64,000 bases of DNA from positions 1,714 through 65,713 of the forward strand of contig CAYNEO010000017.1 of the NCBI GenBank assembly GCA_964396245.1. Reading direction: 5' to 3'. Below, piece after piece: positions 52,062 through 62,470 of the stretch. Position numbers and translations under genes: made by a program. Source of the stretch: an uncultured Ignavibacteriales bacterium. Its GTDB lineage: Bacteria > Zixibacteria > MSB-5A5 > GN15 > FEB-12. The number at the start of each line of letters is the position of its first letter. Positions within the stretch are counted from its first letter, which is position 1. Below the pieces are notes generated by a model. The model made no database searches and was not told the DNA's origin. It saw only the letters and a list, made by a program, of their open reading frames with translations.

Positions 52062-55000
52062 ACTCGGGTACATGTTCGTGTGCCTGCTGCTTTTGACGGC
52101 GTGGCGCCCGGCTGACGCCCAGACCGAAGAAGGGCGGGTGAAGCTGGATCACGCCGATGTACTCGAACTGATCATGTCCGCCATCGAGGACACCACCTAC
52201 GCCACCGGCTCGGTGATATTCACGACCGAGCAGGGCGTCATTTACTGCGACTCGGCAGTTTTCGTAAAGGGCAAAAGCATTAATCTGCGCGGCAATGTCG
52301 TGCTCGATGACGAGGAGTACCGGTTGTCCGCCGATTCCGTCTATTACGATATTCCCAGCGGGGATATGACCGCGCGCGGGTCACATGTCGAGCTGTGGTC
52401 ACGCAAGGATTCGCTGTTTGCGGTCGGTACGCAGGCGCTGTTCAACCGCGGGACCGAGTATTTCCGTATGGAAAACCGTCCCACACTGTATATCAATTAC
52501 CCCGATACGGCCTCGATGATAGAGGTGGTCGCGGATACTATCGACTACGATTCCGATCTCGACCGGGCCAACGCTGTCGGAGATGTGGTTATCAGCACGA
52601 AGGATATGACGTCCAACGCCGGTCGGGCGGTGATGTATCCCGATGCTAACCGATTGGAGCTTTACGAGCAACCGATTGCGCGTCGGCGGAAATCCACAAT
52701 CACCGGCAAGGAAATGACAATCATCACCGAGAACGATCTTATCAAACAAATCGTGGTGACTGATTCGGCCCGGTCGGAGTTCGAGGAGCCCACCGATTCG
52801 ACCGAGATGTTCTGGGACAAGTCAATCCTCACCGGTGAACATATTACCCTGACGTTTGAGCAGGGAGAATTGAGCCGGATTGTTTCATGGGGACAGGCAT
52901 ACTCGTGGTATTACCCGTCGCCGCAGGGGAAGCTGGAAACCAACGAGAACACGGTATCGGGAGACACCATTCGTTTCACGGTGGTCAATGACGAACTGAA
53001 CGAGGTCGAGGTTATCGGGGGAGCGGTGGGTACATATCTATCGGGGAAAAAGACTGTCGAGGACTCGACAATTGTCCTGAAAGTGGACACCATCAAATAC
53101 AGTTCGAAATATATCAGCTATGCGATCAAGGATTCGACGATCACGCTTACGCGGGAGGCCTCGATTATCTCCGGGACCGTTCAGCTCGATGCCCAGAAAG
53201 TGACGCTCGATACGCACCGTCGGGTGATCGAGGCGTACTCGGGAGATGTTCTGCCGGATACGGCGGTGTCCCCATACGAATACAGCACGATACTGGAGCC
53301 GAACGAGATCCCGGTGCGCCTCAAGGATCGTGAAGAAGAGATCTACGGAGATTTCCTGGAATATTCGATCGATACTGAAAAAGGGAGGATAGTCCAGTCG
53401 AAGTCGAGCTATGAGAAGGGGACGTATTACGGCCAGAAGGTATTTCGGGCGACCAAAGACATCTTTTATATCAACGACGGTCGCTACACGCCGTGCGATA
53501 TCAACTATCTGCACTTCTGGGCTAATCACATGAAGCTGATCAACAACGACAAGCTCATCGCCAAACCGGTGGTGATGTACATCGGGCGGCTTCCGATTCT
53601 GGCCTTGCCGTATTATGTCTTTCCTCTCAGGAAAGGACGGCATTCGGGTTTTTTGCCGTTCACGGTGGGAAATCTCGAGACCGGCGCGAATCGGTACATC
53701 CGAAATGTCGGTTACTACTGGGCGGCATCGGAATACTGGGACCTGCTGGGGGCGCTGGACTATTACGAGCAAAACAGTACATTCAATCTCTCCACCGAAG
53801 TCAACTGGCGGAAGCGGTACGTGTTCGACGGGTATCTCCATGCCAATGTGGCGCGCGAGACGAGTTATTTCGGCCCGCCTGTAGCGAGGGAGACGAATGA
53901 GACCAGATATACGCTGTCAGGATCTCATAACTACACGATTTCGCCTTCGTTCAAACTGAGTGCATCCGGGCAATATCAGAGCGATCCCAGGTATTACCAA
54001 GACTTTTCGTCCAACCTCGACCAGCGCCTAAATCGCACCCTCCATTCACAGGCCAGTTTCTTCAAGCGTTTCAGCGACAAGGTATCGCTCTCGGGCTCGA
54101 TAACGCATGACGACAACCTCGACACCAAGTCCCGCACGACCCGGATTCCCAGTTTAGGTCTGTCGTTACCGGTATTCAAGCCGTTCGGCAGCGGGACAAC
54201 CAATGAAGAGGGAAGACTGGTATCGCGATGGTACAACAATGTTACCGTCACCTACCGCCCGAGCCTGCTCAATTACTACAATCGGGTAAATATTGACTCC
54301 GTGTTTAACGAGGTTTACGATACGACAGGCGTAGTTGACAGTCTGATATCGGCCGACACTCTAAGCTACTTCAGCCGGAGGAAATATACGCGGTTTGATC
54401 ATTCACTTACGCTCAGAATGCCATTCAAGGTTGCCAAATATTTCGTCTTCAATCCCGGGCTTACCTATTCAGAAAACTGGTACAAGATCTATTCCACTGA
54501 CCAATCCGAGGCGCTCGGAATAAGTTCTTCCACCATATACCGCGCCTACCTGTACACGCTCGGTACATCTCTGGAGACAAAGCTGTATGGGACAGTATAC
54601 CCGAATGCTCTCGGCTTGATAGGCTTGCGGCAAGTAATCACGCCGCGCGTTTCCTACTCATACGTGCCGGAGATCAACCGCAATCCGGAAGTGCGCAGTT
54701 ACGCCGGCGGAGGATCGGGAAGCGCCGCCCGACGGCAGAGTATCCAAGTGAGTCTGTCGCATGACTACCAGGCGAAAATTGCGGCGGGTGAGGGGGAACG
54801 CAATCTCGAGCTTCTCTCGATCTCCCACACGTTCAGTTATGACCTCGAAAATACGGTCCAACCATACTCGAACCTGGTGACAACATACCGGTCGAATGTG
54901 CTTCCAAGGATTACCCTGTTCGGGAACATGACCCACACGTTCTATAAACCCGGCACGAACGAGCTGCATTTCTGGTCGCCGTATCTGCTGAGCTATGATT

Positions 55001-55458
55001 TGAATGCCTCGATGAGCTTCTCGGGCAGGAGCTTCCTGTTTGATGATCCGGACCAGATTCCAAAGGGGGCGGATTCGGCGTCGCAGCTATCAGAATCGGG
55101 TGCTGACACGTACACGGGGACTTCGTCGGGCAGCTGGAACATGAGTGTGACCTTCAGCCACGCCGAGACGGGACGGGGCAGCCAATATGTGAAGACCAGC
55201 TTTATTCGTTTCAGCCTGAGTTTCAATCTCACGCCGGAGACTTCGGTGCAATATTCGCAATATTATGATTTTGTGAGGAGCCGGACTATTAACAACCAGG
55301 TTCGCATTGTGCGGCGGTTGAAATGCTGGACCGGGGAGCTGTACTGGGTGCCGATTGGGTCCAACAAAGGTTATGGGTTCCGTCTCTATGTGACTGCAAT
55401 TCCGTCGATTAAGATCGATAATTCACAAAATCCTTTCAGGAGCAGCTACTTCCAGTAG
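52054..55458 (+). CDS. lptD: very large outer-membrane protein, LptD (LPS-assembly) -like: OstA-like N-domain plus large beta-barrel
   Basis: The ATG at 52054 overlaps the alaX-like stop by 8 nt. Signal peptide is MHRLGYMFVCLLLLTAWRPADA. The N-terminal region contains repeated OstA-like beta-jellyroll segments (GSVIFTTEQGVIYCDSAVF...GNVVLDDEEYRLSADSVYYD). The C-terminal ~650 aa are rich in Y/W/G beta-strands. The symbol is tentative. Confidence 0.65.
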   Translation: MHRLGYMFVCLLLLTAWRPADAQTEEGRVKLDHADVLELIMSAIEDTTYATGSVIFTTEQGVIYCDSAVFVKGKSINLRGNVVLDDEEYRLSADSVYYDIPSGDMTARGSHVELWSRKDSLFAVGTQALFNRGTEYFRMENRPTLYINYPDTASMIEVVADTIDYDSDLDRANAVGDVVISTKDMTSNAGRAVMYPDANRLELYEQPIARRRKSTITGKEMTIITENDLIKQIVVTDSARSEFEEPTDSTEMFWDKSILTGEHITLTFEQGELSRIVSWGQAYSWYYPSPQGKLETNENTVSGDTIRFTVVNDELNEVEVIGGAVGTYLSGKKTVEDSTIVLKVDTIKYSSKYISYAIKDSTITLTREASIISGTVQLDAQKVTLDTHRRVIEAYSGDVLPDTAVSPYEYSTILEPNEIPVRLKDREEEIYGDFLEYSIDTEKGRIVQSKSSYEKGTYYGQKVFRATKDIFYINDGRYTPCDINYLHFWANHMKLINNDKLIAKPVVMYIGRLPILALPYYVFPLRKGRHSGFLPFTVGNLETGANRYIRNVGYYWAASEYWDLLGALDYYEQNSTFNLSTEVNWRKRYVFDGYLHANVARETSYFGPPVARETNETRYTLSGSHNYTISPSFKLSASGQYQSDPRYYQDFSSNLDQRLNRTLHSQASFFKRFSDKVSLSGSITHDDNLDTKSRTTRIPSLGLSLPVFKPFGSGTTNEEGRLVSRWYNNVTVTYRPSLLNYYNRVNIDSVFNEVYDTTGVVDSLISADTLSYFSRRKYTRFDHSLTLRMPFKVAKYFVFNPGLTYSENWYKIYSTDQSEALGISSSTIYRAYLYTLGTSLETKLYGTVYPNALGLIGLRQVITPRVSYSYVPEINRNPEVRSYAGGGSGSAARRQSIQVSLSHDYQAKIAAGEGERNLELLSISHTFSYDLENTVQPYSNLVTTYRSNVLPRITLFGNMTHTFYKPGTNELHFWSPYLLSYDLNASMSFSGRSFLFDDPDQIPKGADSASQLSESGADTYTGTSSGSWNMSVTFSHAETGRGSQYVKTSFIRFSLSFNLTPETSVQYSQYYDFVRSRTINNQVRIVRRLKCWTGELYWVPIGSNKGYGFRLYVTAIPSIKIDNSQNPFRSSYFQ

Positions 55459-55633
55459 GACTTGCAGGACGGTGTTGTGGCGCCATAGAAGTCTGAAAAA
55501 GCCAGCAAAATAGCCTGTTTTGGGGGATTCGTCGTCTGTTTTTTTGTTGACAGTATTTCCAATGTGGTAGTTTTTGACGGCGGTAACATGAAAGTAACCC
55601 ATCAATATTCAACCTTACACTAGGGGATCTACT

Positions 55634-55909
55634 ATGACCAAGGAAGAAATGATCACCACGATGGCCAAGGAATCCGGCATCACGAAGAAGCAGGCCACTC
55701 AGGCGCTCGAGTCGTTCATGAACGGCGTTACCGGGCAGTTGAAGAAGGGGAAGAAAGTCAGTTTCTCAGGTTTTGGGACGTTCTCGATTTCGAAGCGTAA
55801 AGCCAGAACCGGCCGCAACCCACAGACGGGCGCAGCCATTCAAATTCCGGCTTCGAAGGTTCCGGTATTCCGCGCCGGCAAGAAGCTGAAAGAAGCCGTC
55901 CGCAAGTAG
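55634..55909 (+). CDS. hup: HU family nucleoid-associated DNA-binding protein
   Basis: The 91-aa protein contains ...FGTFSISKRKARTGRNPQTGAAIQIPASKVPVFRAGKKLKEAV, the canonical HU/IHF arm motif. RBS is AGGGGA. Confidence 0.9.
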   Translation: MTKEEMITTMAKESGITKKQATQALESFMNGVTGQLKKGKKVSFSGFGTFSISKRKARTGRNPQTGAAIQIPASKVPVFRAGKKLKEAVRK

Positions 55910-55929
55910 CGTATCCGGCAACAAGTTCG

Positions 55930-55959
55930 GGCAGGGCAGCGATGCCCTGCCTTTTTTTT
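55930..55959 (+). terminator. rho-independent terminator after hup
   Basis: An 8-bp GC-rich stem, ggcagggc (55930-55937) / gccctgcc (55944-55951), has a 6-nt loop and is followed by eight T residues. Confidence 0.85.
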
Positions 55960-56008
55960 CCAGTTTAACATTGCATTTTAGCCCGTATTTGAAGAAAATA
56001 CCTCCGTT

Positions 56009-58330
56009 ATGGCATCGCGAAAAAAGCGCAAAAATATAGAAAAACGAAAACGGATACTCGGCGTCCTGCTATTCCTTCTGGCCCTGCTGGTGCTGGTCTC
56101 GCTGGTTTCGCATCGGGGGCTCGACGATGCCCGAATTACCGGGGAGGTGGACTCGCACCTCAATCCGTTCGAGCTTCAGTACCACAATCAGGGCGGGATG
56201 ATGGGGGCGTATCTTTCGTACCTGTTCCTGGCACTGCTCGGCTGGCTGTCATATTTCGTGCCGCTGGGGCTTATCTTTGTATCGCTCCGGCTGTTTTCAT
56301 CTGAAATGGCGGCCAAATTCGAATTGAACGGCGTCCTTTTGTTCGTGACATCGGTGATTGGCACGATGATCTACAATATCCATCTGATAGTAAATCGAAC
56401 GCTGGGGATTGAGACCGGCGCCATCGGCGGGTATGTGGGGGAGAAGCTGACTATCCTTTCGATCAAACTGGTCGGGGAGACCGGATCGTATCTGATCCTC
56501 AGCGGCGTCGTGCTGATACTCCTGATGACGTATACATCGATCACGCCGTTTCTTTCAGTCCACGTGCCTCTTCCCGGAAGACAGCATTTCAGACGCATGT
56601 ATGAGATTTTCGGTGGGGCTGTAAGCTATATGTTCAGTTTCAACTGGCTGCCGCGCTTCTCGTCGGGCGAGAGCGATGAGGAGGGAGAGGAAACCGAGGA
56701 TGAGCAGACCGACTTCGGGGAATCGCTGCGAGATGCGTTGGATTCAAGCGACGAGCCGGATATTTCCGACGAGCAGCTTGTCACCGAAGAAGAAGATGGC
56801 TCTGCGGGCAAGAAGGGAAAACGGAAAGCCACAAAGAAGATTGCACAACCGGTCAATATCAAGTCCATCGACTATGAATATCCGAATCTCGAGCTGTTGA
56901 GCGAGAATCCATCGCCCGGCGCCTCGGTGCCAGCCGAGGAATTGAATTTCACGGCGCGGATGCTTCGCGAGACGCTGGAAACGTTCAATGTTCGCATTGA
57001 CGGGAATATCGAGAAGTTTCCCGGACCGGTCATCACGCGGTTCGAGTTCAAACCGGCCGCAGGAATCAAGGTCAACCAGATTATAAACCTGTCCGACGAT
57101 CTCGCGCTGGCGTTAAAGGCCAAGCGGATACGAATTGTCGCGCCGATTCCGGGGAAGGCCGCGGTCGGGGTCGAAATTCCGAATCGTCAGCCGCAAGGGG
57201 TGTTCATCCGGGATATCCTCGGGTCGGAGGAATTCAAGGATCCCCGAATTCGCCTCCCGTTGGCCCTCGGAAAAACTATTTCCGGTCGGCCGTATGTCAC
57301 CGATCTTGCGCGGATGCCGCACCTGCTTATTGCCGGGGCAACCGGCTCGGGCAAGTCGGTCTGTATGAACGGGCTCATCACATCGCTCATCTACCGGCTT
57401 CACCCGATGCACATTCGGTTCCTTCTGATCGATCCCAAGATGCTGGAGTTGTCGGTGTATTCCGGCTTGCCGCATTTGGGTCGACCGGTCGTCACCAAGC
57501 CGAAGCAGGCCGAAAAGGTACTGGCCGATACGGTGACGGAAATGGAAAACCGGTACAAGAAGCTGGCCGCAGCGGGGGTGAGGAATATCGAGGACTACAA
57601 CAAAAAGCAGAAGAACGAAGAAGAGAAGCTGCCGTATATCATCATATTTGTCGACGAGCTCGCCGACCTGATGATGGCATCGACATCGTCGCGCACGGAG
57701 CTTCTGATCACGCGTCTGGCGCAGATGGCGCGTGCAGTCGGCATTCACCTGATTCTGGCCACGCAGCGGCCGTCGGTCGATGTCATTACGGGGCTCATCA
57801 AGGCCAATTTCCCGGCGCGGATAGCGTTCCAGGTGTCATCGAAGGTTGACTCGCGGACTATTATCGACGCCAACGGGGCGGAGAAACTGCTCGGGAATGG
57901 CGATATGCTGTTTTTGTCATCGGGACAGCCGGAACCCAAGCGAATCCACGGGGCGTTTATATCGAGCGAGGAAACGACTGAGTTGGTAGAGTTTATCAAT
58001 GCGCAGGGGCTCGAGATGCTGACCCTGACACGCATTTCGCAGCAACAGGGCGATCCGTCGGAGTCCGACGTTGACCTTGGCGACCCGCTGTTCCGGGAGG
58101 CTTGCGAAGTCTGTTTGCGCCACAAGCAGGGCTCAGTGTCGTTGTTGCAGCGGCGGCTGGGGATAGGTTACCAGCGGGCCGCGCGTCTGATAGATAAGCT
58201 TGAGGAGGCGGGAATTGTCTCGCCGTTTGACGGCTCCAAGGCGCGTGATGTGATTGTGGACAAGGCTTATGTCGACGCCCTGTTCTCAGGATCAAATGCC
58301 TCGGTCAGCAGCAATTCCGAGTCGAACTGA
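56009..58330 (+). CDS. ftsK: DNA translocase FtsK/SpoIIIE
   Basis: N-terminal 4-5 TM helices are followed by an acidic linker. The motor domain has Walker A (LLIAGATGSGKSV) and Walker B (IIIFVDELADL). The C-terminal gamma (winged-helix) domain includes ...GSVSLLQRRLGIGYQRAARLIDKLEEAGIV. Confidence 0.92.
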   Translation: MASRKKRKNIEKRKRILGVLLFLLALLVLVSLVSHRGLDDARITGEVDSHLNPFELQYHNQGGMMGAYLSYLFLALLGWLSYFVPLGLIFVSLRLFSSEMAAKFELNGVLLFVTSVIGTMIYNIHLIVNRTLGIETGAIGGYVGEKLTILSIKLVGETGSYLILSGVVLILLMTYTSITPFLSVHVPLPGRQHFRRMYEIFGGAVSYMFSFNWLPRFSSGESDEEGEETEDEQTDFGESLRDALDSSDEPDISDEQLVTEEEDGSAGKKGKRKATKKIAQPVNIKSIDYEYPNLELLSENPSPGASVPAEELNFTARMLRETLETFNVRIDGNIEKFPGPVITRFEFKPAAGIKVNQIINLSDDLALALKAKRIRIVAPIPGKAAVGVEIPNRQPQGVFIRDILGSEEFKDPRIRLPLALGKTISGRPYVTDLARMPHLLIAGATGSGKSVCMNGLITSLIYRLHPMHIRFLLIDPKMLELSVYSGLPHLGRPVVTKPKQAEKVLADTVTEMENRYKKLAAAGVRNIEDYNKKQKNEEEKLPYIIIFVDELADLMMASTSSRTELLITRLAQMARAVGIHLILATQRPSVDVITGLIKANFPARIAFQVSSKVDSRTIIDANGAEKLLGNGDMLFLSSGQPEPKRIHGAFISSEETTELVEFINAQGLEMLTLTRISQQQGDPSESDVDLGDPLFREACEVCLRHKQGSVSLLQRRLGIGYQRAARLIDKLEEAGIVSPFDGSKARDVIVDKAYVDALFSGSNASVSSNSESN

Positions 58331-58356
58331 CCATTCCATTTAACGTATAACAGGTT

Positions 58357-58968
58357 ATGACAAAATTGCTTAGCATGGCGATGCCGCTGGCGTTGCTGGC
58401 GGTCGGGACAACGTTTGGGGCCGACCGGTTCGAACAGATCAAGAAGAACTTCGAAAAGGCCGACTGCGCTCATTTCGCGTTTCTGAGCCTTCTGGAATCG
58501 AAGATTTTCGAACAAGTGGACACCGCTCAGGGGACGGCATATATCGCTCACGATGGCCGGTACCGGGTGATGATTGGCGGCGACGAATACCTGTATGATT
58601 CGCATCTGCTCTATTCATATTCGCAGGAGAACAATCAGGTGACAGTTGAGACAGTCGACACACTGTCGCCGGCGAGCGAGCAGATTACATTTGTCACGCA
58701 TCTCGATGACTATTACACGACAAAAGTCATTGCCCCGGACAAGGAATATCGGCTGGACAGGAAGTCGAAGGCAGCAGGAAATATCCCGGACTCTATGCTG
58801 GTGTATTTGGCGGCGGACAACCTGGAACTGAAGTCTATCGAGTACTATGATATAAACGATGAACTCAACCGCATTATTTTCACCGAGCAGAAAACGCTCC
58901 CGTCCTGCGATTCCACAATCTTCGAGCCCAATTTCCCCGACAGTGCCGAAACGATAGACCTCTGGTAA
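58357..58968 (+). CDS. lolA: LolA-like outer-membrane lipoprotein carrier protein
   Basis: Signal peptide is MTKLLSMAMPLALLAVGTTFGA. The ~200-aa size and its position directly downstream of ftsK match the ftsK-lolA synteny known from E. coli and many diderms. Sequence similarity was judged by eye only. Confidence 0.55.
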   Translation: MTKLLSMAMPLALLAVGTTFGADRFEQIKKNFEKADCAHFAFLSLLESKIFEQVDTAQGTAYIAHDGRYRVMIGGDEYLYDSHLLYSYSQENNQVTVETVDTLSPASEQITFVTHLDDYYTTKVIAPDKEYRLDRKSKAAGNIPDSMLVYLAADNLELKSIEYYDINDELNRIIFTEQKTLPSCDSTIFEPNFPDSAETIDLW

Positions 58969-58969
58969 T

Positions 58970-60292
58970 ATGAAATTCTACGTCCGCAGACTCGGTTGTC
59001 CCAAGAACGATGTGGACGCCGACTATATTACGGCTCGGCTTGTCGCCGAGGGACATCAGCCGGTAGACAGACCGGAGGATGCCGAGTCGGTGATAGTCAA
59101 TACCTGCGGCTTTATCCTTCCGGCCAAAGAGGAATCGATCAGCGAGATATTCGAACTAAGTCGATTGAAGCAGAACGGTTCCGTGAAATATCTCTATGCC
59201 TCGGGGTGCCTCTCCCAACGATACGGTCCCGACCTGGCGAAGGAGATCCCGGAACTGGACGGAGTATTTGGGGTGGGCGAACTGGATGCGATCTGCAATT
59301 CCATGAGAAATGCGAAAGGCGACGCCGGGGTTTTCCGAACCGGGGCGGAGCGCATGCGGTATATCGCCGGCAACTCGAGGTTCATCTCCGATGATTTGCC
59401 GTATGCCTATATCAAGATTTCCGACGGCTGTGACCGAACCTGCTCTTTCTGTGCGATTCCGTCTATTCGGGGACACTACCGGAGTCGGCCGATAGAATCA
59501 ATTCTCAACGAGGCCCGCTTCCTGGTTGAGAAAGGCAAAAAAGAACTCATCCTGGTCTCACAAGAGTCGACGCTCTATGGCTGTGATTTGAAAAAGGGTA
59601 TTGGTCTGCTTGATCTGCTCAAGGAACTGGATGCTGTTGAGGGCATCCACTGGATACGGCTTCTGTATCTGTATCCCTCGCAGGTTTCCGAAGCGCTGAT
59701 TGACTATATGGGGAGTCCCGATAACAAGACGCTAAACTACTTCGATATCCCGCTTCAGCATATCAACAATGACGTCCTGGATGCGATGGGACGCCATACG
59801 TCGCGCGCTCAGATCGAGATTCTGCTGAAGGATATCAGATACAAAAACCCCGGGGCGGCTATCCGGACGGCGTTTATAGTGGGATTTCCCGGTGAAACCG
59901 AGAAGCATTTCGAGGAGTTACGGGAGTTCGTGGCGGATTTCCAATTTGACCGGATGGGTGTGTTTTCGTATTCGGCCGAGGAAGGTACTCCGGCGGAAGG
60001 GCTTGGCGGTCAGGTAGATGAACAAACCAAACAGGACCGGCTGGACGAGTTGATGTCCGTCCAGAGCGAGATTGCGTTCGAGAAAAACAAAACCTTGATT
60101 GGCAATATTAAAGACGTTATCATTGATGCCGTGTCTGAAGGCCGGGCGGTGGGTCGCACGGCTTCGGATTGTCCTGAAATCGACCAGGAAGTCTATGTGA
60201 CCGGCGGTGCTGTACGGCCGGGCGAAATAGTCGCGGTCAGAATAGATGCGGCCGACGGTTATGATTTGATTGGAACGATAGTGAAGGGTTAG
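58970..60292 (+). CDS. rimO: ribosomal protein S12 methylthiotransferase RimO
   Basis: The UPF0004 N-domain carries LGCPKN and NTCGF. The radical-SAM motif is ISDGCDRTCSFCAIPSIRG. A C-terminal TRAM domain follows (...VYVTGGAVRPGEIVAVRIDAADGYDLIG). Confidence 0.88.
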   Translation: MKFYVRRLGCPKNDVDADYITARLVAEGHQPVDRPEDAESVIVNTCGFILPAKEESISEIFELSRLKQNGSVKYLYASGCLSQRYGPDLAKEIPELDGVFGVGELDAICNSMRNAKGDAGVFRTGAERMRYIAGNSRFISDDLPYAYIKISDGCDRTCSFCAIPSIRGHYRSRPIESILNEARFLVEKGKKELILVSQESTLYGCDLKKGIGLLDLLKELDAVEGIHWIRLLYLYPSQVSEALIDYMGSPDNKTLNYFDIPLQHINNDVLDAMGRHTSRAQIEILLKDIRYKNPGAAIRTAFIVGFPGETEKHFEELREFVADFQFDRMGVFSYSAEEGTPAEGLGGQVDEQTKQDRLDELMSVQSEIAFEKNKTLIGNIKDVIIDAVSEGRAVGRTASDCPEIDQEVYVTGGAVRPGEIVAVRIDAADGYDLIGTIVKG

Positions 60293-60295
60293 CGG

Positions 60296-60940
60296 ATGAT
60301 CCAGTTTGACAAATTGGGCATATTTCTGTCCAAGCCGGTCGCGCTGATGCTGGTAGTGATATATCTCATCCAGTCAGGCCTGCTGGTCTACTTGATATCC
60401 GACAAATACGATCTCGAACGCCAGATCGGCTTCCAGCAGAAGCGCATAACCGAGCTCGAATCCAAGTTGCAGGTGTTCAAGGCAATCGAGGATTTCCAAA
60501 TCGGCTTTACCGAGGACGAAGTCGGTGAGTTGACCAATGTCATTTACAGCGAAAGCCGTAAGTACGAATACGACCCGATGTTTATTCTGGCCGTTATCCT
60601 GACCGAATCGTCTTTTAAGAGGGGGCAGGAATCTCATGTCGGGGCGAGAGGACTTATGCAAGTCCGGCCCTTTGTGGGCGAGGATGTGGCCCCGCGCGCC
60701 GGAGTGGACTGGGAAGGGTCGGAGACGCTCTTCCAGCCGGAGAAAAATGTCAGATTGGGCATGCACTATCTTTTTGAACAGATATTGAAGTTTGGTGACG
60801 TCAAGAAGGCCCTGGTTGCATATAACTTGGGAGAGGCCCGCTTGCGGAGCATCCTGCGAACGGAAAAAGAGATGCCGAGCAAGTATCTCAACAAGGTGAT
60901 GGAGAACTACAAGATGCTCAAGGAGACCTACAAGGTTTGA
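60296..60940 (+). CDS. membrane-anchored lytic transglycosylase (SLT domain)
   Basis: An N-terminal TM helix and a coiled-coil segment are followed by the SLT motifs ILAVILTESSF (catalytic Glu-Ser), ARGLMQV and AYNLG. Confidence 0.8.
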   Translation: MIQFDKLGIFLSKPVALMLVVIYLIQSGLLVYLISDKYDLERQIGFQQKRITELESKLQVFKAIEDFQIGFTEDEVGELTNVIYSESRKYEYDPMFILAVILTESSFKRGQESHVGARGLMQVRPFVGEDVAPRAGVDWEGSETLFQPEKNVRLGMHYLFEQILKFGDVKKALVAYNLGEARLRSILRTEKEMPSKYLNKVMENYKMLKETYKV

Positions 60941-61875
60941 GTCTATTGAGACCACGATATCTCGCTATTGTCGCAGCTGTTCTTTTGGTGTCGCTTCTCG
61001 CCGGCTGCGGGGGACGACCGGCGCTGAGCAACCTGTCGGCCGATGATCTGTTCGCGCTGGGAAAACAAAAGTACGACGCGGAGAAATATCGCACGGCGAT
61101 TGAATATTTCCAGAAGATAGTCTACGATTACCCCGGCGAGACAATAGTGGACACCGCACAATACTATCTGGCGTTGTCATATTTCGGCAACGAGCAGTAC
61201 CAGCTTGCCCAGGTGGAATTCCAGCGCTTGGTGAATTATTATCCGTCATCGGTGTATGTCGCCAACGCGCAGTTTATGGGGGCGGTGTCACAATTCGAGA
61301 GCGCTCCGGACAACTATGGACTCGACCAGACGCCGGTGAAAGAAGCCATTCGGCAGTTCGAGGATTTTATAATCGACTACCCGGAATCGGAGCTCATTCC
61401 GGATGTCAAAGCGTACCTGAATAAAGCTCGGACGCGATTGGCCCATAAAGAATACTCGGCCGGATTGACATACTATCGCATGGGCGCCTACAAGTCATCG
61501 ACGATTTATTTTCAGCGAGTGATTGACGAATACACCGATACGGAATTCGCACCTCAAGCGTTGTTCGATCTTGGTCAGGCCGAGTTTAAGATGAACAATT
61601 ACGAAGAAGCACGCCAGCAGTTCGAAAACTTCGTCACCGTATATCCCAATGACGCGCGGGTGGAGGAGGCGAAGGAAATGGCTGCCGAGGCGGCATACAA
61701 GAGCGCAACCGCGGCGCTCGACAGCGGCAAGTCTGCCGAGGCCAAAGAACGTTTCAAGTATTTCATCGAGAAGTACCCGAGCGATAACCGCGTGGGAAAA
61801 GCCACCGCCTATATCAACCAGATCGGGGATGTTCCCGTTGAGTCAGCCACAGAACAAACCGCCGAAGGGTCCTGA
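60937..61875 (+). CDS. bamD: outer membrane protein assembly factor BamD (TPR lipoprotein)
   Basis: The TTG start overlaps the upstream stop (TTTGA). The lipobox is LVSLLAGC. BamD-like TPR pattern is present (AIEYFQKIVYDYPGETIVDTAQYYLALSYF..., FQRLVNYYPSSVYVANAQF...). Confidence 0.8.
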   Translation: MSLLRPRYLAIVAAVLLVSLLAGCGGRPALSNLSADDLFALGKQKYDAEKYRTAIEYFQKIVYDYPGETIVDTAQYYLALSYFGNEQYQLAQVEFQRLVNYYPSSVYVANAQFMGAVSQFESAPDNYGLDQTPVKEAIRQFEDFIIDYPESELIPDVKAYLNKARTRLAHKEYSAGLTYYRMGAYKSSTIYFQRVIDEYTDTEFAPQALFDLGQAEFKMNNYEEARQQFENFVTVYPNDARVEEAKEMAAEAAYKSATAALDSGKSAEAKERFKYFIEKYPSDNRVGKATAYINQIGDVPVESATEQTAEGS

Positions 61876-62470
61876 GGAGGGGGGGCGCTGGGCCATTCTG
61901 GGCGGCGTGTTTGACCCGGTTCATTCAGGTCATCTCACGCTCGCCGAAGATTTCCTCCGCACCGGCCGTTTTGACGGCATCCTGTTTGTCCCGTCGTATA
62001 ATCCTCCGCACAAGAGATTTGAAGCACAGGCGTCTTACGAAGACCGCGTGAATATGCTCCGGCTGGCGCTGGAAGATCATTCGCAGTTCGTGATCAGCCT
62101 GGCCGAATCGGAGATGGATGCACCGGGCTATACACTGAATGTGGTCCGGTGGCTGAAAAAGCGATTTCCAGAGGCTGCGTTTTCGTTTATTATGGGGGCG
62201 GACAACATCAGGGACATGAAAAACTGGCACCAGCCGGAGAAAATATTCGAGGAGTTGCCGGTGCTGGCCGGCGCCCGCCCCGGGTACGAGCGGCCCCACT
62301 CCGATGAATTTCCCGGCGACCGAATCGAATTCATTCCCACCAGCAAGGTTGACGTCTCGGCCACCATGATCCGCGAGCGGATATCCGAAGGAATGGGGCC
62401 GAAAGAACTGGCTCAATTCCTTCCGGAAAAAGTAGCCGACTACATCGTGAAACGGAAACTCTATCGATGA
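61829..62470 (+). CDS. nadD: nicotinate-nucleotide adenylyltransferase
   Basis: Track ORF (from 61649) trimmed to the first ATG compatible with bamD, at 61829; a 47-nt overlap remains. Motifs are ILGGVFDPVHSGHL (the (H/T)xGH nucleotidyltransferase motif) and VDVSATMIRERI (ISST-like). Confidence 0.85.
   Translation: MFPLSQPQNKPPKGPEEGGRWAILGGVFDPVHSGHLTLAEDFLRTGRFDGILFVPSYNPPHKRFEAQASYEDRVNMLRLALEDHSQFVISLAESEMDAPGYTLNVVRWLKKRFPEAAFSFIMGADNIRDMKNWHQPEKIFEELPVLAGARPGYERPHSDEFPGDRIEFIPTSKVDVSATMIRERISEGMGPKELAQFLPEKVADYIVKRKLYR

Noticed and set aside
53038-53841. 267-aa minus-strand ORF
   Set aside because: It is a shadow ORF inside the lptD-like gene, with an Arg/His/Val-rich low-information sequence.
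55547-55573. TTGACA ... TGgTAGTTT promoter-like element upstream of hup
   Set aside because: The spacer is only 15 nt. The element is plausible (T-rich UP-like tract, extended -10 TG) but cannot be supported without TSS data.
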